Shown here: positions 1 through 13,115 of the stretch, piece after piece
Numbering within the stretch: position 1 is the first letter of the stretch
Layout: each line of letters opens with the position of its first letter
Source of the DNA: Fimbriosthenelais zetlandica
Lineage: Eukaryota
Assembly (NCBI GenBank): GCA_977030845.1
Contig: OZ365118.1
Coordinates: forward strand, 18,414,001 to 18,478,000
Length of the DNA stretch: 64,000 bases
Direction of reading: 5' to 3'
Position numbers and translations under genes: made by a program
Notes under the pieces: generated by a model
Seen by the model: the letters and a program-made list of their open reading frames with translations, nothing else
Told to the model about the DNA's origin: nothing
Database searches by the model: none

Positions 1-110
1 CTGGGTGCGGGAGACGCGCATTCCTACTGTAGGGGAATGTTACACGGTCTCAGATGTGGTGAAGTAGGAACTGCTTGATAGAAAGGATAGAGGGAGAAGA
101 GTTGGGGAAT

Positions 111-112
<2 letters not shown>

Positions 113-164
<52 letters not shown>
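113..164. repeat. (AG)n microsatellite
   Basis: About 26 uninterrupted AG units. Confidence 0.97.
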
Positions 165-166
<2 letters not shown>

Positions 167-1810
167 AAGGGAGACAGTAAAAGAAAGAGAGAGATAAGAG
201 GAAGAGAGATATTAGGCGAACTTAGGCCTGCTCATCTCGTCTTTTTAAATCTATAGAGTAATGATCAGCTATTTTCACTGATCCCACCTTTCTGTAATTG
301 CTTCCTTTTTCTGCGCCCCATTTTATCAATGGCTGGCAGTCTAAATACTTTGGAATTAATGTGATTCCAAAGTATATTACCCTACAAGTTGAGGCCATTG
401 GGTGGAATTGGGGCTGGTCCAGGAAGCGCCATGTAGCGGGTGAACTGAGAGGGGTTTCTGTCTGTTCCCGAGATTAAATGTTGTATCAGTGTCTATCACT
501 GTACCCTGCCACCCACCATACCTACCCGAAATTCTGAGTTCTAGGTTATCGGAGCAGATAAAAGTCTTATAGACTTTTATACTCTCTCTTTCGAACTGAT
601 ATATACCGCAGAAGGTCTGATTAAGTATCATGCAATGCCCCTGAGTCTCAGTGCTAGGATTTGCATCTGCTAGGACGCAGTTCATTCACCTACTCCAATG
701 CTATAGTTCCATAGTGGCAGGTCATAGAAAGGAACTTTTAGGGTCATTCGCCTGGGGACTATTTAGGGTCGGAATTCCTGGCACTGTGGGATTTTTTTTA
801 CCTCAGTCTTGCCAGCATTTACTGCATGAAAAGACCCATAACTCTTCTCCCCACTTGGCAAATTATCACACTCTGTCACACTCTTCATCTATGTGTACCA
901 AAGGTTAGCTTTTCAAACCAACATACCAGGTAAAACAGGACGAGGAAAAAACTTCCCAAAATTGAAATGTTTGTTTCTGAACATATTAAGAATATAACCG
1001 TGCCAGTGAGACACATTAGGTAAAACAGGCATATATACATGTAGGAAGATGTTCTAAAATATCCCCTCACTCTTGGGTTCTTCGTCATTTGCAAACTTTT
1101 GTTTGACTTGTATCGACCTGTATGTACTAAACCAACAACATGTTGGTAATAAACGGTACACAGGTGTTACAACCACAGAAGTAAAGTCTATAAGGACATA
1201 TGTTTTTATACTTGAGCTAGATTTATGTTTCAACTTCTCCAGTTTAAGAACAGGAAAGATAATATCTCTGATCGAAGCTCTGAATCTGTTAAGAAGTTGA
1301 AAAGTAACTTAGCATTTGTTGAGTAACTGCCCTTTCAGAATCATATATAGCAGATGGATCTTATTTCCGTTAGCCATATTTTGGGGTTTTAAGGTTGTCT
1401 AGGGAGTTGGGGCAGGGATGAAGTGATAAAAAAAACGTAAAGTAACTGTTCATGTATTAGTTCCATACCAGCGGCTGAAGGTGTCGCTACCTGCTGACGC
1501 TACCCCCGCCACCTGGTGCTCGCTCCCTGCACGCCCCCACCGCCTGCTCCACACACCCTCAACACGCATGCGCGTGGCTATCCTTCTAACAATAATGGGA
1601 TTGAGTGATCTCTGGATCAGTACCTCCCAAAACCTGGTTTTCAAACCCATATTCCTGATCCTGACTCCCCGAAACGCCATCCTCAACCCGCCCACCCACC
1701 CTGCTGTTACTACTGGAACTTAAATGCTCCCTCCGACTCACTGCGCATGTGCAATGGGAAAAGATAATGACATGTTGGTGTTTAACCCAGATTTTGTGAT
1801 TACATGGGAT

Positions 1811-2170
1811 TCATCCCGCACGTGAGGTGCTAGGAAATAATGGAGAAAGAGGAAGCTGGGGTGTGGGTAGTAGTAGATTGAAAAGAGGTAAATTGGTTAA
1901 GTGAGATAGGTGTATGAAAGTAGGCCATAGTTTGACATACTGCTTAGATAGAAATATAGAAAGATATATAGAATATACAGATAGAAGAGTAGAATATATT
2001 GATAGGTAGACAGATATAATATGGCACATAGATATGGGTAGAGTGATTTCTGAAAAATGAAATTGTGAGTTATAGCTGGAGAAGGTAGAAGAGAAAATAC
2101 ATCTTAAGGAACAAATGATAAGGAAACTATGAAACAGATCCAGAGATATTGAACGAGACAGAAAAAAGGT
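1811..2170. repeat. Purine-rich (AG/ATAG) low-complexity tract
   Basis: Degenerate atag/agag repeats. The overlapping minus ORF is an S/I/L/Y-biased artefact. Confidence 0.7.
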
Positions 2171-2399
2171 GGCGTTCACTGATTAGAGGTCTGGCTTTTA
2201 CTGATATCACACGCGAGCATTCCTCATCCCGGCTCACCCCCTCACATCAAACATTCACATCTAGTTCACCCCTGATACACCAGAGGGAGATAGTGTGATG
2301 AGAGCCGCACACCGCCGCCCTCTCTACACACTTTATTAAGACGTATTATCACCCCGACCCACCTCTACTGGATCTTATACACCCTATACCTTCACCCTA

Positions 2400-2880
2400 T
2401 ACTGTACTCATGGGGCTTTTACCCCCTCCCTCTCCCCATCCCCCACCCCATCCCTCTCCCCCAACCCTCTCCCCATCCCACCCACCACGCCCTTATCTTC
2501 TCTCCAAAACTTAACTTTCTCATCCCAAACCCATCTATAACTCGCATCCACTCCACCCCCGCCCAACCCACCCTTCCATGATCCAACCCCTCATATTACG
2601 TACCCCAACCCTCACACAAAACCCAATCCTCCTCATAACCTAACACTCTTCAACCTTTCCCACCCGTCTGATAGCCCCTAGCATTATGAAACCTTTATGA
2701 ATTATACACCTCACTACCTCCCACTGATAGTTTTATATTACTCCACCCTCCTTAACTCTCACCCATCGTTAATACACCTACACCCCTCCCCACCTCTGAA
2801 CCCCTTCTACCAAACAAACTCACCCCAGTTACACCTATAGATACCCCCCTAACCCTCCACCCCCACCCCCTACACCTCAA
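2400..2880. repeat. C-rich low-complexity tract
   Basis: Runs of cccacc/ccctcc/ccaacc with almost no G on the + strand. Confidence 0.75.
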
Positions 2881-5800
2881 CTGGAATGTTACATGTTATG
2901 TGAAAAATATGGGATGGAGTGAAGACGGGTATGGAACTGGGTTCCTGGCCTCATCGGGTTGCTAAGGCTCCCAAGACAAGACGCAGTAGCCTTCACGGCT
3001 TGTTTTTTCTTGGCATTAATATGGTATATATTATTGCTTTGCTTAACTAACCTAATAATTTCCACCCTAGTAAGTAATGCTGTTTCTGTTCGTGAGCATT
3101 TTGATATGAATATTACTTGAATGCCCGGGTAGAATCAACCCATATGATATATATGTAGAATCAGTGGATTTTTTGTTGTCAATATTTAGACTCAGCCCCC
3201 ACGGGAACTCACAGATGCAAAACAGAACTGTAAATCTTTCAGAATCCTATGAATCAAGTATAATTCATGTGAAGGGGTATAATTGGTAGGCTTGCCATTA
3301 TAACCCGGGGTCATCATGATGTACTCAGATGTTGTGAGCTGCTCCTGCCCTCAGGTAACTGTCAGGTATGCTGACCTATACCTCTGATACGACCCATCTC
3401 TCTTAATCTGGCCAGCTAAAATGATAAATCTCTTATCAACCTGATCTGCCTTTTTCGGAGCCATCATAGCATGGCCCATATGGCACCTCCAACTCCAAAC
3501 GTGCGTGTAATGAAATCCATATAGGTAACTTGGTCATGAATTCCTGGTTACCAAGGATAGCAATATTTAAAAAGGCCAGTAGAGAGATGGATATGTTTCC
3601 TATCCAATCTCTGAATATCTTTATGGAATTGAATTGGAAAAAATCCCGAATTTATATGGCATAGTATCATCCCCTGACCCATATACATACCTGACCCTAA
3701 AGCAACTTTAGGAATCAATTTAAAAGGATGTGAGAGTTGTTATATTTTTTGTTATGCCTTATGAATGATCTGTGAGGTAGTTTTTCCGTGGCCTGTATAA
3801 GACATGGAGTAGATTACTGTAGTATGTTACAGTGTATATAGATGATTGACTATACCAGGGAGGAGTGGGCGGAACATTTATTACCATCTCCTACCATCAG
3901 ATCACTAAGGTGTGGAATGGGGAATCGACCCAGTGTTATTTTCATAAGGACTGAGAATGAACTTGAATGAACTTCTTTTGTCTCTTGAAGATTACCCAAT
4001 ATGAATATTTTTATTCATCTTTAAGAGGAAATGCAAGTTTTTACTTGGCTTCTATATCATCGTTATAGATATGGCATATAATATATGAAGTCATCCTGTT
4101 TTTGTGTCTCACAATTGATGAGCATATTGTAAACACTGAGGGAGTTACTCATGGAGTTTGAATGTTCCCACACTGGATCCAGGACTTCATTATCTGCCAG
4201 GTTAAAGGTGGAGGATTTTAGGAGAGTTTTGAGCCTCAATAAACATGACTTTTATATTCAGGAGGTCTACCTGAACAGCTGCCTGGCTGGCTGGTTGACT
4301 GCCTGGCTGAGTGGATAGGTTGTATGATCTTGTATAAGGACACAGGTCCTTAACATCCAGGGTTTGTTCTGTTATTCTGAGGTCCCTTATACAATGTCCA
4401 ACCTGTGAGAGATAGGGTGATGTGGGGTAGGCAGTGGAAATGGCCAAATTTGCAAAAATTCTAAATTTTTATTAATTATTGGCATTATATAAAGGCAGGC
4501 TAAAGCTGATGGGAACCTTGTTTTCTCAGGATGTTTCCACCCCGCGGTTCTCCTCGGATCCCGTTTATCTGCACGTGACACTCTAACTCTAGGAGTAGGT
4601 GGGAGGTAATCTCCTTCACCATTTATGAAACTTCTAATTTCCCTTCAACATATTTCACTCTATTAGTCCCGCCCCGCAAGACGCAATATTGGCTGTGTAT
4701 CTCATGTGGAAAGGGGCTGGGGGCTGGGGGTAGGGGACGGGGGGCGTTTTGCCTATTAGGAGGAAGGTAGGGCACTTTCATGTAAGTTAAACAGGTCCAG
4801 GTATCCATATGGCCTTTGGGAAGAATATACTAGACTGTTAGTTTTCAAATATGGGATTCCTTTAGAAATTGAATATATTTGAACGACAATAGGGCATAAT
4901 TTTGGAAAGGGAATATTCAGGAACGCAAATTGATATCCCCATAGATCTAACATTTATAATATCTTGGTTTGCTCATATTATACTAGGGGGAGACTCTTAC
5001 TCCTAAGATTTCTTGTTTCCCCAGAAATAGTTATTACAAATGTGGGAAGAATTCTCTTGGGATGGGCGTTAGATTTAGTTATGATTTCTGGAGTAAGAGG
5101 CATCAGTCGTGTAGCACTAGGGTCAATCAATCATGATTAAAATAGTCTGCAGGACAGTCTGATTTCAAACTTCATAATCCCTAAGTACAAAGTACGCCTC
5201 AGATAGTGGACGCTTTAATATCAAAGATGGCTGTCATTTATATGTAATGAAGGATTGATAAATGATATCACAGCAGGACTATTGCGCACCAGGAAAAGTT
5301 GAGAGAAGTGAGGACTTGTCAACACATGACGCGCATGCGCTGTCTGAGGCTAGGGTAGCGCCACGTGGCGGGCTATATATCATGGTCAGGGCTAGGGGTA
5401 TCCCAGCATGCACTTGTTCTGATCATTTCTCTGATCTCATGAACATGGCAAAAGATCCAAGCAGTAGACTTATTACGATGTGAATCCTGGCCGGTAGAGA
5501 ATCAAAGGGGATCCCTGAACAGATGTTCAGTACCTGAACAACTCACTAGATTATATCATTTACCTGGGTAATGGGGTATAGACCCTATATATTCTATTTA
5601 ATGTCATGAAGAAGTCTTTAATGTTACCTATCCCCAAATTACTAGACATTCCTTCGTCTTGAGACTACGTTTCTTGCTTTTTTTGTCATTCCATTTCCAG
5701 CTTTCTCTTGAGAACGCTGTTTTGAAGTATATTTTTTAATCTTTAACCTGCTCATTCAGTTTCTAAACCTTTCAAATTTTCCGTTCCTGCTCATAACATT

Positions 5801-7589
5801 CAGTTTATCAAATTCTGGTCTTTTCTTACTGTTTGTCCTCAGTGAAGTCTCCGATATGTTCTAATCCATCCACCACCTCATCTCTACTGCGTATCACATT
5901 CTAGCGTAATGATATATCATATTACCTCTTCATTGTTTCTCCCGGTAACACCCCTTAATATATTTGCCCTTTTACTTCCCGACCTGGCCGTTACTAACTT
6001 CTCATTCTGCGAGCCTGGAACACACGTGCACGTGTCATTTTCAGGAGGAAGTGGAAAAAGAGCGTAAAAGAATGGAGATAAGTACCAGGTCGTTTCTAGG
6101 TCGGCATTGCTCCTGACCTTTCTATAAGCTCACTCTTGGCATGCTCGTATTATAGGTACATATGAGAACAAGGCACAATATTAACCCCCGGAAATCAAGG
6201 GTGAAAACCCACAAATCTTTATACCACCCTGCCCTATTTTAACTGGCTAAATAATCAGAGTGTGCTCTAGTACTCACACATTTTCTATGCCAATTCACAC
6301 TTGGCAGGGTCCCAGCTCTAACCAATGAAACCTGGAATATTAACTTTCTTCCTGATTTGTTTAAGCATTGAAGAAAGCATTGTTTCAGTGTTAAAACCAT
6401 AGACCTAGAATATCAATGATTAAAACATATGAAGCATATGTCAATTGAAATGGTTTGAGAACAAGTTCAATTGAAAATATTGAGCCAATTTATGCAAACC
6501 CTTCTTGTCATGAATGTCATTTCAGACTCCCATGGTAAAGTAATTGGCCAACATTGCCATCCATTCATGACTGAAGCATTGCTACGTGGATGATTTTGAC
6601 ATTTACCTTTACTGAACATGTCCCTCCCTGCTGTGAATCAGTTAACTTTAAACCAAACAAGCCTCGCATGTGTTATGAAGATTTGACTATTTCCACAGAG
6701 GCAGAACTGGCAGTTGTTCACAGAAGATTGAACAACGGCGTGGAATAAATGCATCAGTGAGAACTCCTGTACCTTAATCATAGGCTAGCTGGCGCTCCTG
6801 TCAATTTTTTTTCACTTATATGTTGCCAAGACAAATACTGGCTTCATTCCATATGTCTCTGTTAACAGTATATTGGCGAACATTACACTTTGTATGGTTT
6901 TAACAAAGAGTTGTTCCCAATTACCGCCAGCACCTTTCAATTCTTATCAGGTATGATTAGTTGTGCACTCCTTACTGTCCAAGTACAGAGTTGGTGAGGC
7001 ATTGCTCTGTTAATGATGGACTGGTAGGTAGGTAGGATGGGGGAAGTTAAGTGTGGAGTTTAGAGAGGTGCCTGATACTGATTCAGCATTTAATGAGGGA
7101 TCAGACATTTAATCAGATGCAGTGACATTTGTTTTTGGACAGTTTGAACTCTACTGAACCCTACCCTTTGACACCTGGCAGAGATCTGGATTAATAACTG
7201 CCACACCTGTCTCATCTGATCCAGTATACCTAAACACAGATTTCAGATGAATGTTTGCCGCCCTTTATGAATGAAGTAACAGCATTGATCATCACTCTCA
7301 GGCCTGTGTCCTTGGTGGCATTGATCATCACTATATCACAATTGCTCAGTTAATTACACCAGATATTAGTTCATTTGACTTCTTCATCAGACTTTATTCT
7401 GTTGATTTCTGTCCAGCATTACTGTTTATATTTAACATTTACCACCCTTGACCTTCCATTTTAGTAACTAGATTAGTGAAGACTCCACCGAAGCTTCGTC
7501 AGCTCCTCTGACAAAAATATCTGACAAATCCTGTGAGACATAAAACCTGTGCCAATTTTCTTCTTGTCGCAACAATTTTTCATTGAGAA

Positions 7590-7720
7590 AGGTGAAGCAA
7601 CCATGAAACATCGATGTACAAGAAACGTCTGTTTTTATTTGGTTTCCATGGCAACCGTGCATGGCAACATGGTACTGGAAGCTAACCAGTCATGGCTCTC
7701 AGAACGAGGCTCATGCGCAG
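7590..7720. promoter_or_regulatory. Cluster of RFX X-box-like motifs plus an NRF1-like site
   Basis: GTTTCCATGGCAAC at 7642-7655, followed by a CATGGCAAC half site, an upstream GCAACCATGAAAC and a downstream CATGCGCA. Motif match only; no linked gene identified. Confidence 0.35.
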
Positions 7721-9714
7721 GCTTCTTGGATTTTTTCCTGGCAGAGCTATGGTGTGGGGTGATTTAATGATTATTTTTTATATGCTCGAGGGCCTCTAAT
7801 TCAATAAACTATATCCCTTTCCCACAGATCCAATCTTGCACTTTTGTGCAGCAGATATATGACATCATGACATGGTAAACTTGATTGTGCAGCATGATTG
7901 TGCAGTTTTTCTTTTAAACTGATATAATTTTGACCAGATTGCAAGACACAATCTATGATGGAAATCTTGTGGGTTTTGTTACAAAGGAAATAATTTTCCC
8001 TCTTGGTTATCTTCCCTCAATCTGGGGCATCTTCATCTACCTCTTACACACCTATCACCCCAACACACACATGCCCCAACACATAGCTAAAAATATTCCC
8101 ACCATCCCTCTCCCTCCTCATCCCCTTGTGAAAGTGCCACAGGGGCATAAAACCAGTCTTGGTGGGCACCTTCTAGGCACTGGCATCACAGAGGTTCTCC
8201 CAGCATCACTGGTGGGTAGGTACATTCCATATCTCACCTCTAAACCCCGCTATCTAGTCACCTTTATATTGACATTAATATCACTCTTGAAAATTGGCAA
8301 CGTCCCAATTGATTGCCTCAAAATTGAGGGGTTTTCTACCTTGGGACTGGCTGAAAACTATTTAAGACATCCCAGAAGTAGCAGTACACTTATTCGAGCT
8401 AAGAGATCCTAGAAAACAGCGCTCGTTCAAAAGCAATAAGCACTGCATTGAACATCACCATGCAAGAAATATTACACTTCTTTTTCAATTGATTCTCTTC
8501 CAGTTTCATTCAGACAAGCATCTGACCGTTTGACAATCGTGACAAAGTAAGACATGCATATTTCAGTCAGCTATTTCATATACAAGTTTATACGCTGATT
8601 GTCAGTGTACATGGTGTTATAACCAATAACATGACTAAACACTTTGATTGCATGTTGAGATTTAAAAGCAATTTGTAAAGAATACCTTTCTGATATAATC
8701 CCCTTGTGTCCTTTACCATAACACTGCTGTCATGAATTTACTGGTAAACCAATTAGAAGGTGAACCAGAGGACAAATGTGGTTCAGAGAAACCTAAAGCA
8801 TGAGGCTTATTGTCGAAGACCTGCTTATAATGTTCATGATCAAAGAAAGGTTTAGTAGATGATCTCAGTTTTTCTTTTGTCTTAAATGACTAATTCATTT
8901 ATTCATCTTCATTTATTCAAAGCATGCTTAATATCTAATTGAGATAAAATGCCTGGTATGGCTCAGACGTTGAACTTTTGCACAGAGCATTCATCTCTAT
9001 TGTCTAAGGTTTGAATCAAGGCTGAATGCGGTTATCAAATACTCTAGTTTCAAACCCAGTGAAAACCTTGATACTTTAGGGTTCTGGGTTTAGATCAAGG
9101 GGAGATTTTTCACTGTAGATGATCGAGGCAAGTACAACCATTGGCCTCCTAACCTTAACCAATGTAAACAGGGCCAGAGTAAGGGTTGCTAAGGTGAATA
9201 ACAGCTGCCCGTGTCAAATTGGCCACGTGGTACACACCCCTCCAATCACAGGTCGGCTAGCTGGATGTAAGCAGTTCCATCCTTTCTAATCCTGCCCTGC
9301 CCTGGTGGCCATATCCTCAGATATCACAATGAAATCCTGACCAACTCCTTGCATACTCACTTAGCTGTGGTTCTTCCTATATTTTACAAGAGAATTTCAT
9401 ATATATATATTTTTTTCCTTGTTATTTGCCTATATTTCAATCTGATTATTGACATGATTGACGATAGATTTTTCCCGCTATAGATCTTGCTCTTTTGACA
9501 GGATAAATTGATTTCAATCTATTTGTCAGGTCTTTCCCCTTGCCAGGTTTTTCCTCAGACCAAAAGCAAGGCCTGTTGGTTTTGTAACAGATTAGATAAA
9601 CGCTAGCTGATGTTCCATCTTTAACACGTAGACATCCTGATAAATGATAAATATATGAAGAACTGCCACCATCTCCGCTCACTGAGCAGAATAACTATAG
9701 ACACCTGACCTATT

Positions 9715-10560
9715 TTTACAATGGCTGGGACATAATATAGATACATCATTTAATGACGGATGGCAGCTAGATCTGGGGAAGAAATACTTTAAATTACCAA
9801 GGAAACACCTGGTAATGGGGTAAACCATGCTTTCCGGTAAAAAGTACACCAGCAGTCTGTGGCTACCACCTTCAGCCAATCTGGAAGGTTTTTAGAACTT
9901 AACTACAACCAGACTTTGTGTTCTGGAGGCAGGAGCATCCTCAGAAATGCATCCTAATGTCAAGTCCATTTTTCATCATTCTTTTCCTCTTTATTCCTTC
10001 CTCCTTGTTTCTTCTACATTTCTAGTTACTCTGATGCCCGGTTCTCTCAGTATTTCCCTATGCTCAACTGTGCAGTTTCTTATTTGCACTGATTTGGTTG
10101 GCAGTTTCCTATTAGTTAGACATCACATGTTAACTGCATGCTTGATTGTTGTAGGATTGCTATAATGCCCTTCCATTTAGCAACTGTAGAAAATCATCAT
10201 GTCAGAAGACATGAAGAAATCAGTTAATAAAAGAATCTGCGACCATTAACCACTAGCCTGGTAATGCATGTAGTGGCATTTGAAGTATTAAACACCCCTA
10301 TGACTTTAGCATCCAATACAGCCTTGGCTTTTCAGCACTAAGCTAGCTTAAAAAAGAATCTATCTGGAGAACTTGGTACCTGACTGTTCAGGAATTATCC
10401 AGCAGTCCTTGGTATAAACAGATAAAGTGTGGAGAGATGCGAGTCAGACTCGACAGAGATGTGGCCTGAATACTGAGCTAACGTCTGCAAGATTGCTGCG
10501 ATAATATGAAAACAGTTCACAGAAGCTGTAAATAAAATAACGCTGCATGATATACAATGA
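9715..10560 (+). mobile_element. Degraded Ty3/gypsy pol relic (RT thumb to RNase H)
   Basis: Frameshifted, stop-ridden fragments occur in the expected order: LQWLGHNI..DGWQLDLGK (cf. YLGH..DG..DPEK), RFLELNY (cf. FLGL.GY), HPNVKSIFHHSFPLY, VAFEVLN...LAF (cf. AFE.LK..PVLA), ELGT*LF (cf. GLGAVL), IAAII*KQFTEA (cf. IAYASR.LT.AE). Recognised by eye. Confidence 0.4.
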
Positions 10561-10877
10561 TGCCTATCTACATTCTAAAGTAGATATAGATTATGCCTGA
10601 TAGACTTCTTAGATACATGTAGTGTTTCGTAAATTGACAGAAATCCCTTTGATTTCGAGTTTTTATACCAGTATAAGGTCCACAGTTAGATAAAGGCCTA
10701 TGATTCCAGTACAAGTTTCAGGGAGGGTGATGTCCTCAGCATCGACCAAGCTCATTATTAACTTTGTTTTGACTATCACTTAAAGGTCAGACTCTCCTGT
10801 CTAGGTTACAGCAACCTCTGGTCCTTGAACTTCCTTCCCTTGAGATTGACTTCATGACTTTCTTTCTTCTCGTTCTT

Positions 10878-11100
10878 GATTTATTACTTCAGAATGGTCC
10901 TGACCATTCTGAAGTTAGCTAGTCAATCCTCTGTGGTGTATACCGTCTCTAAAACGCTTGCTACGGGAAACGCTCGCTTGGCCTCGGCAGTTCTCAAGGT
11001 GGGGAGATTTCTGACGGGCCTGTTAAGATCTGTTAGAGGCCGATCAACTGATGTTCATTATGCCGGCGCTAGCTGACTGTGTTCCGAGAAAGCTAATCTA
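10878..11100. mobile_element. Short palindrome-headed interspersed element (Helentron/HINE-like), copy 1
   Basis: ATTTATT-ACTTCAGAATGGTC-CT-GACCATTCTGAAGT: a perfect 14-bp stem at 10886-10915. The same 21-nt head recurs at 12495-12515. Confidence 0.45.
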
Positions 11101-11316
11101 AGATTCCCCTAGCCTAAGAATTTTCTCCGAGCAAGTGTATGCGTTCGAACCCCCCACTTGACCACAATTGGAGATTTTTTTTACTTTCCTAGTTCTAAAG
11201 CATTGGTTGAGGCGGGTAATAGAGAAACTTCACCTTGTGATTCCTTATAGCATTACAACTCAACACAGATATACAAATGACTTAAATTGAATTCCCCTCA
11301 TTTCACCCTTCCCACT

Positions 11317-11317
<1 letters not shown>

Positions 11318-11371
<54 letters not shown>
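11318..11371. repeat. (CTAT)n microsatellite
   Basis: About 13 perfect CTAT units. Confidence 0.97.
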
Positions 11372-12189
11372 GCCTGTCTTTCTCACTATACTATCTCATC
11401 TTCTCTGAGTTCTCCCAGTCTCCCACCCTGTCTTACTTAGCCACTCTCCCATTCACTATACCACCCTCACCCTCCCTTATACCTTCTCCTATACTATCTC
11501 TCCCAAACCCCACGCTCTCCACTGTCTCTTATATTCTCCTGGGCACATTCTTTACCTTTCCTCCAGCCATCTCTCCCCTCTGTCCTTAACCCTGTCTCTC
11601 ATCCGCTCCGAATCTCATCATCTCCTTTCTAATTGGGGTTTGTTTCATAGAATATTTTCAATAATTTACTAATTTATCGCATACCCATATTTGGGGCAAT
11701 TTTCATAAAATATTTCAGAATATTATCTGTCACCCTTTTGGGGACATTTTATCTACAACTATCATTTGCACCATCACCATATCTCTCTCTGTGTTTGGGG
11801 CATGTTTCATAACAAATATTTCCATACATCTCCCTACATGTACCCGCCCCCACCACACACACACTCACCTCAGTAATTTCCAATGCCCATCACCCTATTC
11901 GTAGCGTTATTAAATATTTCTACCACTATCTCCCATCTATCATCTTACACCCTCCAAACAAAATTTAATGATAAAAATACAAAGAAATGTTTTTTTTGGT
12001 GAGATAGTCTTAGTCAACCGGATCCATACACCCTTGCGTCCATATCCCTGGCGAGGCTAGACACTTGATAACCAGCTAACAATGTGGCGAATTGCTCTTT
12101 GGCCATACACACATCATTAGCTGCAAGCGTTTTACCTCTACGGGAGGACGCGGGCCCATGCAAATCATGCTATGATCAGAACATGGGAG

Positions 12190-12324
12190 ATTTCACCAGT
12201 CTTTCACTTGAAACTTACAGACGGGACCACAACCATGGCTGCTGTGGGGATTCGAACCCACGAGTCTGTTAAAACTTACATCAGACTACCAGCACACTTG
12301 ACCACTCGGCCACTGAGGACAGCC
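12190..12324 (-). mobile_element. tRNA-derived SINE head
   Basis: Minus strand has an A box TGGCCGAGTGG (12312-12302) and a B box GGTTCGAATCC (12258-12248). I could not build a full cloverleaf with a standard anticodon arm. Confidence 0.65.
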
Positions 12325-12489
12325 ATTAGACATGGTAAACCAAATGGTAATATTTCCAGAATCTCCCCAACCGCGGAGGTTTTCGGCATTATTCTACTGA
12401 TCAGACACATTAAGCTGATCCATTCTGTGGTTTTTAAAAGTTTTAAATTATGAATTTATCTGAAATTTTCCTCTTCTCCGTCGCTCATT

Positions 12490-12620
12490 AATTCATTTAT
12501 TACTTCAGAATGGTCAAGACCATTCTACCTTATCAGTCTTATCTACCTTATCGGTCTTATAGTCTTATCAGTCTTATCTACCTTATCAGTCTTATGAACC
12601 TTATCAATCATTCTGGCATT
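12490..12620. mobile_element. Palindrome-headed element, copy 2, followed by a CTTAT(C/A)AGT-type tandem repeat
   Basis: ATTTATTACTTCAGAATGGTC-AA-GACCATTCT, then repeated ccttatcagtcttatcta units. Confidence 0.45.
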
Positions 12621-13037
12621 CAAGCTTTTTGGACGACTCTGCGGTTAGAAAAAAAGTGTATTTGTTTGTTCACAAACAACTTCTGTTAGGTGACCACACA
12701 TTACCTCAATACAGATACACGATACACAAGTTTTAAGACATGTTAAGTGAATTTCAGCCAGCCTATATAATTTCTTTTCTTATCAATATCTTCACATATT
12801 TTTTCTCTTTCACTTTCTGTCTATGGGTCTGTCTATCTATCTGTCTGTCGGGGTGTCTGTTTATCTGTCAGTGTGTCTTTCCATTTCTATTTCTCTCCTC
12901 CCCCAACTACCGCTTTTTTTTTTATGAGAAACGTAGATTAACATTCACTGCACCACTTACTTTGATTGTTCCCTCCCACCCAACCCAACTCCCTTACTTG
13001 TATAAAGTTTATATACACCAGAGCTCTTATAGCAGAT

Positions 13038-13115
13038 TTGGTGGCCGAAATGGTTTAGGTGCCATTTAGAGTAGTACAAGAACACAAGAACATGGGTTCG
13101 AATCCCACCAAGGTC
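13038..13115 (+). mobile_element. Degenerate tRNA-derived SINE head
   Basis: A-box-like TGGCCGAAATGG (13042-13053) and B box GGTTCGAATCC (13095-13105). Confidence 0.5.

Noticed and set aside
377-1723. Short ORFs of 69-102 aa on both strands
   Set aside because: No recognisable domain or coherent splice structure; lengths are expected by chance.
3180-3720. Possible gypsy integrase zinc-finger relic on the minus strand (GHAMM..., HFSWP, GKP)
   Set aside because: Fragments lie in different frames and the similarity is too weak to support by eye.
6040-6095. Exon-like segment (ttttcag|EEVEKERKRMEISTR|gtcgtt)
   Set aside because: Weak donor and no partner exons found.
6525-6610. YVDDF tetrad preceded by PMVK*LANI (Penelope/LINE RT-like)
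   Set aside because: Motif spacing is too short and there are no other RT motifs; could be chance.
7930-8412. 160-aa ORF
   Set aside because: TTG start, no domain similarity, no splice context; the opposite strand looks like decayed retroelement sequence.
12240-12324. Possible tRNA gene
   Set aside because: A and B boxes are present but I could not form a proper acceptor stem and anticodon arm; treated as a SINE head. tRNAscan-SE would decide.
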